Assembly (NCBI GenBank): GCA_951406725.2
Contig: OX597832.1
Span: 32,178,001-32,242,000 of the forward strand
Direction: 5' to 3'
Origin: Octopus vulgaris
Taxonomy: Eukaryota
Length of the DNA stretch: 64,000 nt
Shown here: one piece after another, positions 26,774-40,487 of the stretch
Layout of the letters: each line of letters opens with the position of its first letter
Position numbering within the stretch: the stretch's first letter is position 1
The notes under the pieces: model-generated
Database searches by the model: none
What the model was told of the DNA's origin: nothing
What the model saw: the letters and a program-made list of their open reading frames with translations, nothing else
Position numbers and translations under genes: made by a program

Positions 26774-26836
26774 AGATAACCGAAGAGATGGTGTTGTGGA
26801 TTTCCACTTCGGCATCTGAAACTCAGAGTTTTATCT
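26774..26836 (+). ncRNA. Type I hammerhead ribozyme motif (U4C variant)
   Basis: Stem I AGAUAA/UUAUCU; core CCGAAGA; stem II GAUG..GUGG-AUUU-CCAC..CAUC; (U)GAAA; stem III ACUC-A-GAGU; triplet GUU. Confidence 0.68.
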
Positions 26837-26863
26837 TGACTACTGAGTAATTGTAACATATGA

Positions 26864-26924
<61 letters not shown>

Positions 26925-27062
26925 ATGATGCAACAAGATACATACGCAAACCCAGCCATATATATATATATATGATGCAACAAGATCACCTTGATCAATA
27001 GCAACTGATTCAATTTGCTTAAAAACAACAACAACAACAAAAACAACATCAAAAACAACAAT

Positions 27063-27191
27063 CCTTTCAACTACAGGTACAAGGCCTGCAATTTAGGGCT
27101 GGGAAGGGACTAGTCAATTACATTGACCCCTGTGTTCAACTGGTACTTATTTCATCGACCCCCGAAAGGATGAAAAAGAAAATCGACATCG
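27063..27191 (-). mobile_element. 5'-truncated tail-B SINE
   Basis: aggtacaaggcctg..caactggtacttatttcatcgacccccgaaaggatgaaa. Confidence 0.75.
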
Positions 27192-27498
27192 AATAATAAT
27201 AATAATATATATACATACATGCATAAATACATATATATAAATCACGATATATATATATATATATATATATATGTGAAGTATATTTGCCAATTAAATGTGG
27301 CTAACCACTAAGGCTGGCTGCTACTGTAGCTTGTAGCCCCAGGAGAACATTTTCTCCAGCTGGCTATTGACACACTTTCTGTGCCCTATCAGTATTTGCA
27401 AAGGGAAGTCATCCTTCCCATCGTCGAATTGACGTGATGGGCACGGACTCGGGTTTCTGGATGTTTACCTTTCGTCATCGCACGACAATCACCGGTTT

Positions 27499-27570
<72 letters not shown>

Positions 27571-28389
27571 CGTATGTATATACATACGCACACTTATATG
27601 GCTACGTAGCTGGATAGGTAGATAAAAGTATAAATTGATGGATGGATAAATCTAGATACAGACATACGCTTGGGTGTACAAAAGAAATGGAATGACACTC
27701 AAATTCCTCTGTGGAGTTCTGTAGGTAAACCTTCCTTAAAATTCACGTAAATAATATGTATCAATACAGAGCAGCGTCTGGTGCAATGAGAGTCTCCATC
27801 AACGGTTTTCTCCTTGGATAGGGAGAATTCTACCTTTTGGAATTGAAATAACGTGATTTATTGATTTTTTGAGGGATTACTATATATATATACACAAACA
27901 CACACATAAATTTAATATCATTTGTGTAAATATCTTATAATATACTATGCAAAGCTCGTTACTGGATATCATCATATAATGAGAATGCTATTGTTACTGG
28001 ATATACACCGGAAATTCTATAGTATTCGTATGTATGTATGTATGTATAAGTATAATATATTAATAAATAAAACATATGCATATATATATATACATATATG
28101 TACGTACATACCTCTACATGTATATATACACCCATATATGAGTACAGGATACCAAAAAAACGTCGAACACAATGAGAAACGAAAACAGACACAAACCCAA
28201 GGAACTGGACATTTTTCTTAAACAACAAAAAAATAGTGTACAGGACAAATAACACAAGGAAAAAACCCCTTCTTCAGTCGCCATGGTTTCATCTACTCTA
28301 CGTTTCGAAGGTGAAGGCGAGACGTATCTTCGATAGAAACTTTCCTTCCTGCGAAAAGCAAATCAAATAAAATTTATGTATAAGTATAT

Positions 28390-28705
28390 ATGTTTTTATG
28401 TATGTACGTATGCGCATGAGCAAATTTGCATGTTTTATCTTACGTATGTATTGTCATGCATATAGTTGCATATCTAGACATGCTCATATATATATTTTAA
28501 TGATAAACATCTGGAAAGTTTTACAGATGTTTACAGTTCCATTGATGGATTGGATCTCTAGTGTTCGAATCAGCTTTCTCCTTTCTTGCTTTGAGAAGCC
28601 TAATTTCACAAGATTGGTATTTAGGCAGTGTGTTACATACCTCAGGGCCCCCAAAATTACAGGTATAAACTTGAACTGGATAGAGTAACTGCAGATTTTT
28701 CAATA
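28390..28705 (-). pseudogene. 3' end of a decayed R4-like RLE retrotransposon (related to 30880-31535)
   Basis: Minus-strand translation gives KNLQLLYP / FKFIPVILGALRYVTHCLNTNLVKLGFSKQERRKLIRTLEIQSINGTVNICKTF, then a probable 3' UTR. Confidence 0.72.
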
Positions 28706-29668
28706 GTTCAGCGTAGGTGTTCTCTTATGTGTATGTGTGTATATGTATTAATGTGTGTATTATGATTTGGTTGGTGTATGTAACCCTGGTTTTTATCGTA
28801 TTATCCTCATCCACGGATTTTTCCCTATCAGACCAAGATACAAATTTGAGATTGTATTAGGACGAAAAGTTTGTAAACTCGCTTCCACTCTGCATTCTTC
28901 TTGTTTGTCATTAATATGTATGTATGCATGTTTGTATGTATGTATACATGCTTGTATATATATATGAGTATATACATGTGCGTGTGTGTGTGTGTGTGTA
29001 AATATATACAGGTCGGTATTAAAATGTTAGAAAAATGATTTGACAAAGAATTAAATACACACAATGATATGTGATTGAGTAAGAGGCACGTACATATGTT
29101 TTTTTGTGTCGTTCTTTGTGTTTCTCTATTAACAAATATGTATGAAGACCTGTCTAACACCGAACAGCGTTTTGTTATAATTTACACGGCTTGATTCATT
29201 TCCTATACGTCGATATAAATACCAGATAATTATAGTGTAGTTTGCACTATATAAATAACGAAAGCCGGACAATTTATCATCCTAAAATTGTGGACGCATA
29301 CTTGTTTCTGTCTGTGTATATGTATGCGCGCGCGCGCATGTGTGTGTGTGTATGTGCATTTGTCCTGTATGTAAAGGTGCAAGTGTGTGTGTCTATGTAA
29401 ACACATGCGAATGTGTGTGTACGTACGTATTAACATATGTATATGTATGTGGATGTATACGTATCGTTCCTTTTTATATATACATATATTTTTAGACATA
29501 TGCATATATGTATATATGTACACACAAAGCTATCTGTCTATCTATTTATAGATAGCTAGGTAGATAAATAGATAGATAGGTAGATAGGTAGATAGATATA
29601 TAAATTCGTATAGATGTAAATATAAACATATATACAGACCTCAATGACTATAAACACACTATCTCTAG

Positions 29669-29712
<44 letters not shown>

Positions 29713-29812
29713 CACACAAACACTCACTCTGGCATACACACACACACATATATCCATGCATATACACATGCTGACGTATACTCATGGGTCATTTTATATA
29801 CGCATATACCTT

Positions 29813-29871
<59 letters not shown>

Positions 29872-30879
29872 GTATATATGCATATTTATATGCATATATA
29901 TATTTGTATACATATATACATATATATATATTTATTTATTTGTGTTTGTAAATATATATATATATACTCATATATGCAATCATGTACACGATATATTATG
30001 TATGTATGTGTGAGTGATTATGTGTATGTGTGTGTTTGTATGGTCCTTAAAGCCAATGTATTTGTACGACATCTCTCTTTTAACTTTTCAATTCCTGAAA
30101 CATAAAACAATTCGGAATATATTAAACGAACATTCAACAAAGAAAAAAAGCGGAAAACCAAAAAAAAAAAAGAAAGAAAACGGAATGTGTACCAATCATT
30201 TTACTTCATTGTGTGTGTGTGTGTGTTTTATCTTTAAAATATGGCTGCATGTACCAAAGCTAAATACGTTCTCCACCCCTACAACTACCCACTGAACTAC
30301 GAAACCCACCACCATCCCCGCGCTTGACGAGTTAACCTTTAAAGAGAGTACTATCATTTTCTATGCAGTCAACCAAACGCGGAAGCATGCACACACACAC
30401 ACATCGACTCTTCTGAACTTATCTTAACGTTATACATCGAGCTGTCATCTTTTGATCTGTCAAAGATATTAACTGTTATGCTTTTTAACTATTGAAATTC
30501 AATTTTTTTACCAATTCTTAATTTCACATTATCTTAGTACACACACACACACATATGTACACACACGCTTTCATACTGACATACACTACATATATACATG
30601 TGCACAAAGGACATTTCAAAGATTCTCCGTCTGAGATTATTTCAATGAAGAGATGCACACACATGGGTGTACTTGGACAGCTCAAACAATACGGCAACTC
30701 AACTCCATATTTAAAAACACTGGGAACAATCTTCACACAAAACGTCTCGACGCTTTGTTAGCGACCGGTTTGAACACTCTTAAGAAGAACTTGAATAAAA
30801 CTCGGAGAATAAACATACATACAGACATACATACAAACACCCTCTTCCTGATGATCTATACAGCCAAAAACTGCTGAGC

Positions 30880-31535
30880 CCTCTTACCTCAGGGAAAACT
30901 TGGATGGAAAGCACTTGACAGAAAAAAAAATCTATGCATGGACATCTTGCCCGGAATCTTGAAGAAGACAGTGGAATTGAGATGAAACGCAGCCTCTCTT
31001 AAACACAAGAACACTATATCACATCACACTTTGAAGGCTATGCGTTTGCAATCCAGGAACAGAGGAGTGCCACAAAGTACTTGGTGAACTAGAGAGACAG
31101 TCACGCTCTTGCCTTATGCATGTGATTAGCAGCTGTCCTAAAATGTTGTCATGGTGCTACCTCCATATGTGGCACGGTGTTGTTGCTGAAACAATTTACA
31201 ATGCTATCCGAAAAAAAGGTCTGTCCTGAATAAACTTAGGAAATCCCTCTTTAACATGGAATACATTCATAAACACCAACTCAAGAAATTCTGGTGGAAT
31301 ATTCCCATCAAAACGTCTGTCAAATGTAAACATAACATGTTTGGGACTGGGGGGCAAATATATGTACCATCATAAAGGTCAGCTGCCTTGTAGATATGAA
31401 TATGTCTTTGAAAATCAAGAAAAAGAGGATATCTATGGATAACTGCTTCGAAACCTCCAGATCCTATATCGAGATTATAAATTCATATTCGTACCAATAA
31501 GAATTGGAGCACTAAGTTTTGTTAGTAAATGTTTA
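30880..31535 (+). pseudogene. Decayed R4-like RLE retrotransposon ORF fragment (third family)
   Basis: Manual translation across stops and frameshifts gives SMHGHLARNLEE, ITSHFEGYAFAIQEQ, HVISSCPKM, FWWNIPIKTSVKCKHN and LLRNLQILYRDYKFIFVPIRIGAL, collinear with the Dong-like ORFs in this window. Not in the ORF track. Confidence 0.78.
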
Positions 31536-31808
31536 GCATTTTGCCCGGCGTGCTGACGTTTCTGCCATCTCGCTGCTTTACTAGACATAAATAAATACTG
31601 GTTTCAGATTTTAGCACCAGGTCAGCAATTTCAGCGGAGGCGGAAACGTCGATTAAATCAATCGCAGAGGTCAAATGGTACTTATTTTATCGACCACGAG
31701 GATGAATGGGCAAAGTCGATCTCTGCAGTATCTGAACGTAGGACGTTTAGACGGATGAAATGGGGCTGAGCATTTTAACCGGCGGTTCTGTCAGCTCATC
31801 GCCGCCTT
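31534..31808 (-). mobile_element. Diverged SINE head fragment plus diverged tail-B SINE
   Basis: ttagcattttgcccggcgtgctgac..ctgccatctcgc and ggtacttattttatcgacc..gatgaa..ggcaaagtcga are reverse complements of the SINE head and core. Confidence 0.75.
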
Positions 31809-32262
31809 CTGGACATAAATAAATATTACGAGATTGTTCGTCTGACACATTCGAAGACGTTTTCTGCTATAAAACATTGAAATTTAAATATTAATAAATA
31901 ACAATTATTTCTGATGATAATTACGACATTAATGACGAATAATTGCTAATGATGAAGAAAATAGTGAGAGGTTATGAAGACTTTCAATTTAATTCCGGAA
32001 CATATTTTTGAAAAAACTCATTCCACATAAATAATTACAATATTGATTAGTAATTTAGACACGCGACCGAATATTGTATTGGTGGGATAGAGTTATTGAT
32101 TATATCGAACACATTATAACTTTTCAGGTATTTAGTTTATGGAGCGGTACCAGAAATATGACAAGTGAATCATACTTCGGCAATGCCGGATTAGAAACGT
32201 AAAACACGCAGAACCATGTGAGAGGAAAATGAATGATAAAATAAGTAAATAATTATGATAAC

Positions 32263-32471
32263 CATTTCTTCTGTAGGCACAAAGCCTAAAATGTGGGCAG
32301 CGTGGCGGGGCGGTGAATAGTCGATTATATCGGCCCTAATACTTAGCCGGGACTTATTTTATTCATCCTGAAGTGACGAAAGGTAAAGTCAACTTTGGCA
32401 GAATTTGAATTCAGAGAACCATGGCGGACGAAATGTGGCTTAGCATTTTTTCCGGCATGCTAACGATTCTG

Positions 32472-32472
<1 letters not shown>
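32263..32472 (-). mobile_element. Diverged tail-B SINE
   Basis: aggcacaaagcct...aaaggtaaagtcaactttggcagaatttgaattcag...gctaacgattctg. Confidence 0.75.
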
Positions 32473-32513
<41 letters not shown>

Positions 32514-33454
32514 ATATTAAGAAGAAGAAAAAGAAGAAACTAGGAGATTGAAAACGTTTTACAAATAAAACAGACAATAAAACTATTGTGGATATTTCAA
32601 GAGATATGAGCCACGGATAATTCAGAATGTTATATATGCATGCGTATACACGGTAGTAGTAGGTCTAGTGGTAGTTGTGGCATAAGATATAGTAGTAGTA
32701 GTATTAGTAGTAGTAGTAGTAGTAGTAGTAGTAATTGTTGTTATCTTTGATATAATGGTTATTTAACCGTAGCTAATCTTGCATCAAACATAACTTGACC
32801 ACCCCATCTGTTTTGATCCCCACACTGGATCGAAGCCCAGCCAGTATAAGAAAAAAACATGGCCGCTTGGAGACCCACCAAGTGTTCTCTTTATAACACT
32901 GGAGACACAGTTAACTGAACGCGAGTTCAATTTCCGGCCGAGGTTAACAAAAAAATATATATTTCACGTGTTTGATAAAGTCATGGTAAACCGTGCATCT
33001 CTTTGTTAAAGATTTCGCCGAATACGATAAGGACGAAATATGCAAATACAGAACGCAGGGCCGAGCCACAAAAATCTACAACCCATTATACTGCATTCAG
33101 AACGCTCACGTGACATTTAAAGTGATTTTGGGGTTGTGTAAATGAAACTAAATCGTTCTACTGTAAGACATTATTTTAAAGTTGGAATTTTCCATGGCAA
33201 AAATTTGAAAAAGGAGAGAGGATCTGCCTTTTTTTTTTTTGAAAGGTTTTCGGATGGCATTTTTGCTTTCGTTCTTCATCAGCTTCAATTCATCTCGCCA
33301 TGCAAACGAGAATGACGTCAATATGCAGTGATCATTTTATTAGAGCTGTTTAAACTCTTCTTTTGCACGAATATCGATTTTTGTAATTTAATTCGAAAAA
33401 TTTTCAAATGCCATCAACGGTGAGAAAAACAATTAAACACAAACACAAAAAAGA

Positions 33455-33456
<2 letters not shown>

Positions 33457-33493
<37 letters not shown>

Positions 33494-34054
33494 TAATAAT
33501 AATAATAAATGATAAAAGAAATAATATCACCAACAACATTATCAACATTGTCATCATCAGTACGAACAATAACATCAACAGCATCACTGACATTCATCAT
33601 TATCACCATCCTCATCACCATGAAGACCGTCGCTATCACCATCAGTATCATACCACCGCCACCACCTCCACCACCACCACCACCACCACTGCCATCTACG
33701 ACAACAGCACCCCCATCAACACCTTCTCCATATCCACCATCATCACTAAAATCACCATCAGTGTCGTCGTCATTAGCGTCATCACCAACAGACGTCACCA
33801 CCGTCGACGTAATTCGCCACCGTTACATCATGTGTCGCCATTGTCGTCAACGTCACCACCTTCATAGTGATGGTCGGCCTTGACGGTGTGTCTGCTCAGT
33901 CAGGAATGACCTGCGGCGATGCAACCGTAGCCACGGGCGAAGCAGCAGCAGCAGCAGCAGTAGCAGCAGCAGCAGCACCAGTGACAACAGCAACGATGAC
34001 AAAATAAGCATAGCGTTTCATAACACCACATAACCAAAATAAAAACCGAGACGA

Positions 34055-34086
<32 letters not shown>

Positions 34087-34268
34087 ATTTGCTACTACCA
34101 CTACTTTTGCTGCTGCTGCTGCTACTACTACTACTACTATTCCTCCTGCTGCTGCTACTACTACTACCACTACGACTACTACTACTACAAATACTACTAC
34201 TACTATTCCTGCTACTGCTGCTACTACTACTACTACTACTACTACTACTATTCCTGCTGCTGCTGCTG

Positions 34269-34304
<36 letters not shown>

Positions 34305-34697
34305 GTCCTGCTGCTACTACTACTACTACTACTATGACATCTACAACTTCTACAGCTGGTTGCTCATTCTTGCATTACTACTACTACAAACAGCAACTAT
34401 TAACACTTCCACTACTACTACTACAGCTCCTCCTCCTCCTCCTACTGCTACTACTACTAGTACCACTGATGCTTTTGTTAACTACTACTATAACATCTAT
34501 TAATGAATGCCGTTACTATTAATTTTACGAGAACCACCACCACCACAACAACAACTGCTACTACTACTACTACTACCTCTACTACTACTACTACTACTAC
34601 CTCTACTACTCCTACTACTCCTACTACTACTGCTACTACTACTACTAATTTTAGTAGCAATAGTCGTAGAAGCAGTAGTAACAGTAGTAGTAGACGC

Positions 34698-34735
<38 letters not shown>

Positions 34736-34745
34736 TGTGTGTGTG
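33457..34745. repeat. Compound trinucleotide region (TAA, CAT, CAC, CAG, CTA/CTG) ending in (GA)n(GT)n
   Basis: Directly visible; source of the poly-P, G, L and T ORFs. Confidence 0.95.
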
Positions 34746-35197
34746 TGTAAAGCAAGAGTGGTTGTATAGTGAGAGAGCGACTCACTCGCCGGTGGTGCAG
34801 CTCTGTTAAGATGCGATCAGTGTTAAGAGTAAATAACGGCAGGCTGTGATAATGTTGCCAGTGATCGATATTAAGAAACACACCGCAATGATAGTGTCGG
34901 AGTTAATTGAGACACAGCAATGTTTATAGATACACACAGGCAGCGTGTGACTCGCGCCACTACCCGGAACACCACCCCAATGAGAGATATGTATCATAAA
35001 AATACAAAAAGTAGAGTTATTTCGTTTTAATAATGAACACACACACACACAAACACGTCTCTCTGCTTCTGTCTGTCTGTCTGTCTGTCTCTGTCTCTCT
35101 TTCTCTGTCTCTGTCTCTGTCTCTCTTTACATATATATTTATATCATGTACATGTATATATATAATATATATACATATATACATGTATATATTTGTA

Positions 35198-35242
<45 letters not shown>

Positions 35243-35249
35243 ATATGTA

Positions 35250-35298
<49 letters not shown>

Positions 35299-35396
35299 AG
35301 TGTGTACATATACATGTACAGATATGCATACACACATATAAATGTACACATTTGTCTATATGTGTGTGTATGCTTAAATACATAAATATCTATATG

Positions 35397-35431
<35 letters not shown>

Positions 35432-35435
35432 ATAT

Positions 35436-35466
<31 letters not shown>

Positions 35467-35522
35467 AATGCATATACATATATACATATATATACATATA
35501 TATATACATTTATATATATGTG

Positions 35523-35632
<110 letters not shown>

Positions 35633-36125
35633 CACAGAGGAATTTTTAAAATTGGCAAAGAAAGACCTTATTTGTATTCATGGGTAATTTTTGCGGTGGG
35701 GAGGCTGTTTATTGTTTCGGAATATTTTCGTTTTTAGATTTGTATTGATTTAAAAAAAGTATTTCTCGAATTTTATTATTTCAAAAGAATTCGAAATATA
35801 ATCGAACGCCGGTTTGATATCGTTATAACCTATCATTATTAGTGTTGTTTTTACTGTTCGGAAGAATACGTTCGATTATTTTCAATATTAATAGTCTTAG
35901 AATGATAGACTCTGGAAGGAAGACGCTTAAATTAACTTTCAGTATTTTAGCTTTCCTGATTCTTTACATTTATCGTTCAAATCTTGTCGAGGCCAAGTTT
36001 GCAATGAAGTTATCCCGATTCGATGAAACAGACGTAGATAAATCAGGGATTTCCCTTCCCCAGGTCTTGTGATTATGTTTTATATTTTTACTGATCGCAG
36101 TCATAGGACAGGTTGGGCTTCCGTC

Positions 36126-36287
36126 TTTTGCCGAAACACTAGTTAACGGAGACGGAAACAAACCGACGCCGGTTGCCAAGCAGCGCTGGCCGGATACATA
36201 CAATGTCAACCCTCCGCACACAGGCACACATACATATATATGTATGAGGGGCTTCCATACAGTATCTATCAATCATATTCACTCACC
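36126..36287 (-). mobile_element. Diverged SINE family C fragment
   Basis: tcttttgccgaaacactagttaacggagacg..ggttgccaagc..(CA/TA)..gggcttc is the reverse complement of the family C core. Confidence 0.6.
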
Positions 36288-37109
36288 TTTGTATACTAAG
36301 AAGATATTTTAACTATTTTTTGTTTGATGTGTGCATGGTTGTCTCATTTTCATAAAATGTGCTCAGCAGTCCATGCTATGTAAGTTCAAATCCCAGCGCT
36401 TCTTGGGTTAATCGCTGAGAGAATTACTAAAGCCACAAATAAAATACCGTCATGCGCGTTACCGTATTTTTAGTTTCTGATTCGAAATATAGAAGTATGC
36501 AAACTTATCTTTGGTTACTGCGGGTTCCATAAAATAAAGCACCAGACAAGTACCCTGTTCAAACACATCAATAATTCCCTCTTCCGAAAACTCCCGACCT
36601 TATCCCTAAATTAGAAGCCATTTTTTCTTGTTGTTGACGAAATCACGCTGATATTATCAATTTGAACACTCTTAACATGATAAACGTTAAAAGAATCGTG
36701 TGGAGAGATGGATAAAATAAATGCTTCACCTTCTTCTGCCTCTACGTGTTCTGACTTTCAACCCAAGCAAGGTCGTTTTCGTTGGTATTGTGCCTCGGTT
36801 ACAAAATGGAAGCGGTTGGTTTGACACAGCAACATCAAAGGATAAATATTGTTTGATGTTGCTGCTGACATTGTCTGGCATTACTTCTGACGCAATACAA
36901 TAAAGTTTTCGCTCGAGTGCAGTATGCGATATAAATGACTGACACCTCACACTTTAGAGTGTATCACTAAAATGTAAGAATGAAAGGAATGGCACATTCA
37001 TTAGGTTTTGTGGTGTTTGTTTCAGCTGTAGATGTTCTGTGTTCAAATCGAACCGAGTACTTAAGTTAGGACACGTTATTATTGGTACAAAAACATCGAT
37101 AACTTGATA

Positions 37110-37312
37110 TTGATTTCAAATTTTTGCACAAGGCCAGCAGGATTATGTCTATTAAATCGACCCCAGTGTTCAGCTGGTACTTACTTTAGAGACTCTGAAG
37201 GATGAAAGTCAAAGTCAGTTTCGGTGCAGTTTGAACTCAGAACTTAAAATTGGAAGAGATACTGCTAAACATTTTAGCCGAGGCGGTAGCGATTCGGTCA
37301 GCACGCTGCCTT
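37110..37312 (-). mobile_element. Diverged tail-B SINE
   Basis: gcacaaggccagca..atcgaccccagtgttcagctggtactt..ggatgaaagtcaaagtc..tttgaactcagaac. Confidence 0.75.
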
Positions 37313-37692
37313 ATAGATAACCTCAATAATTACTACACTTATAATAACGGTGGGTGCTATGGCAATAAAAGCATCAAAATATCTTGTGGTACCTTGTTAT
37401 ACTTCTTTGTGCTCTGAGTTCAAATCCCGGTTTTGCACACAGCTTTGCGTTTCTTTCTTGACTTCTCCAGAGCCGGTCTGGATTAATTTACTCTCATACG
37501 AACTTTTGTCCATAACCTATGGCCCTTTCATCTGTTAATAAACAAAACTAATGATTTTTAAACGCAAATATATACATTTTGAGATCAAACCTCGGAGACG
37601 TTTTTTTCCATTTTCCCGATCGAATATCAACAGTACCATTGTTTATCCAGGTCTAGTCGACGGCAGAATCGTTATGGTATGTAGAAAACTCT

Positions 37693-37913
37693 AAGGCGGC
37701 GAGCTGGCAGGAACGTTAGCACGCCGGTCGAAATGCTTAGCGGTATTTCGTTCTGAGTTCAAATTCCGCCAAGGTCGACTTTGCCTTTCATCCTTTCTGG
37801 GTCGATTAAATAAGTACAAGTTACGCACTGGGGTCGATATAATCGACTTAATCCCTTTGTCTGTCCTTGTTTGTCCCCTCTATGTTTAGCCCCTTGTGGA
37901 TAGTAAAGAAAAA
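37693..37913 (+). mobile_element. tRNA-headed SINE, tail type A, with target-site duplication
   Basis: Full head with B box gagttcaaattcc. The direct repeat ggtatgtagaaaactcta occurs at 37676-37693 and 37914-37931. Confidence 0.92.
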
Positions 37914-40213
37914 GGTATGTAGAAAACTCTATTGTTGCTTGCTGCTTGCGTTTCTATATTTTCTAAGTTATAATATCCGTGCTGGCAGTCATCATTAGAT
38001 TCTCTGTCTTTGGAGTTGCTAAAAGTAAAGTCCCACATTCAAGTACCTTTGTTAAAAAATCCAACGGGCTTTCCGTTTATCTTTTGATTTTGAATCTCGC
38101 GAGACGTTGTTTTCATAATTTTGCGATTGTTAAAATAAATCCCTTCAACTTCACTCGACCAATGCTTTGATATAGAGGATCCATGTGTCCCTTGTGTAGC
38201 TTTAGTGAACTCCATTTAAGAACATGCAATTGGTGTATGCCTCCTGCGGCTGGATAATTTTCTCATTTCCTCCTCCCATCATCTACAAAGCCTATAAAAG
38301 AGGCCATTAAGGGCAGGATCCGCCCTTCTCGGAACAAACGATTACAAAAAGATTAACATTGATTAATTAATTCCTCCCCATTTAAACAATATTTGATCAC
38401 AATATTGCTCGATAAGTGATCAATACATACATCGCCTGAGTGTCTGCCAAAATACTCCGTAAAATTTAATTATGGACTTTTAATTTTCGATTTTTAAATC
38501 ACTTGGGTCTGATATTATCATTAAAATCCTCTTAAACCTTCATCTGTCTGTTGAGATTCACTCACTAATACTAAATATTTTAGTTGTTAATGTTGTTGTT
38601 AATATTTCTGTGGCTGGTGTTGTTTAGTCCTCTGCCAGTGCGGATCAAAAGCGTCCTCACTTTGACCATCCCGTCCTTATATGCCACTTTCAAAAATATA
38701 TGACAATTATATCTCATCCAGATGTGTTGCTATTTCTAGCAGGCCGTGTAACCACCCAGAGTCTCTTGTTAGCACGAGCCGCAAATTTATTTATTTAATT
38801 AGAATTAGATTTCTGTAATGAGATCAACATAACTGCCTGTACTCTCTCAGATTGTAATCTCGTACTCCCGTGAGAATGTACTATTTGGGTAATTGGTATT
38901 AACCCTTTCTAAATGGTTCCCTGAAGTGGAAGAAATAGACACTCCCAGACTAAATGTATTGCAATATATAATTAAATGAAGGTGATCATTAGAGAGAGAG
39001 AGAGGGGGGGGGAGAGAGAGAGAGACAGAGAGAGAGAGAAAGAGAGAGAGAGACAGAGAGAGAGAGAGAGTGTGGGAGAGAAAGAGAGAGTCAGAGCGTC
39101 AGACAAAATACATTGTAATACTTCAATCAGTTGGGTTTCAATTCCTGCCGAGTTCAATTTTAAATGTCAGCCACCCAGAATCGGTAAGATAAAGTACAAT
39201 CAGCCAAACACGGTGGACAATATAATCGACTGCTGTTTCTCCAAAGCTACACACTTCCGGTTTCCTCAAAGTTACACACTTCCGGGTTCTCCAAAGCTAC
39301 ACACACATATGTATATGCATGTGTGTGTGTATGTGTGTGTGCGCGTTTGCTAATGTCACTTCAGTTATTCTCCCCAAGTATTTTACAAGAGAATGAAACA
39401 CAAATGTTGCCATATTCTTATGGGGAGTTCCTGGTTTTCTAAAACTGAAAATGATATATCAACACTGTATGGTGTGTTGGGAACTAGTGCCAGACATATT
39501 AGGAAACAACGAATTGCTTCGATCCCAAAAGCAGGAGATTCATTGCTTTCCAATACTAATTGTTATTCACGTCTCAGTATTTGATTTGTATCATCAATTA
39601 ACACACCTCAATATCTTTGCATCTTTACAAATACGCACACGATAAACTTACATAAAACTTCATAAATATACATCTGATGACATAGGTTTCCATTAGCTGC
39701 CGGTAAACTTTACATTTCATTTAAACAGCTAGGAACTTCTTTAATAAATCAAAGTCACGGTTTCTCATTACCTCATGGCTAAATGTTCAATATAAGGAGC
39801 CAATGTTTCATGCAAGAATCAAGGTTCCACATACCTGAATTTATGTTCCGTTCTCCCATTCTTTATTAAAAAGGTGTATTCTAATGATTTCATCTCGATT
39901 CTAAAGTCAATCACGCCCATTTAACATACACACCTCCACTTACTAGATACAGCAGTCACATCCCCTTTAAAACACAGCCTACGCTTATCAGAAAGGAAGG
40001 ACACCTAGGATAATGCCGACATAGATATATGGAACATGTAAAATAAAATGAAATTTAGATCTCTTCAACGAATCACATTACCGCCGTCCATGTTTAGCGC
40101 TCATCAGGTTTTAAACTACGAAAAGGGGCTAAAATATAATTTAGGTTGGTAGGAGTCTATTACAGTTCCTGAGAGTAACAACAAATTAATGGATATAATT
40201 AATTAAGGAATAA

Positions 40214-40343
40214 TCATCATCATCATTGTTCGACCGTGGTCGAGACAATGGAATTTACTATGTTACGCCAGACTTCACGGTCCATCATAGCATTACGTAG
40301 GTCCTGTTGCTGGATGCCTGTATCCCTGGAGATTACATCAGGA
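40214..40343 (-). mobile_element. RTE-like LINE 3' terminal fragment with (TGA)n tail
   Basis: PDVISRDTGIQQQDLRNAMMDREVWRNIV (the RTE C-terminal DR..WR motif), then a stop and tgatgatga. Confidence 0.75.
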
Positions 40344-40427
40344 ATAATAATACAACGTAAAGCATGAGCTAAAATCACACACATACAACAGACACACGTA
40401 TATAAATATAAACACACACACACACAC

Positions 40428-40487
<60 letters not shown>

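Noticed and set aside
33862-34011. Minus-strand 49-codon ORF resembling a signal peptide plus basic residues (MLILSSLLLSLVLLLL..RPWLRLHRRRSF)
   Set aside because: The hydrophobic core is a (CTG)n repeat, and there is no independent coding evidence.
37693-37770. tRNA gene
   Set aside because: A/B-box-like motifs belong to SINE heads. No cloverleaf could be drawn, and the sequence continues into the SINE core.
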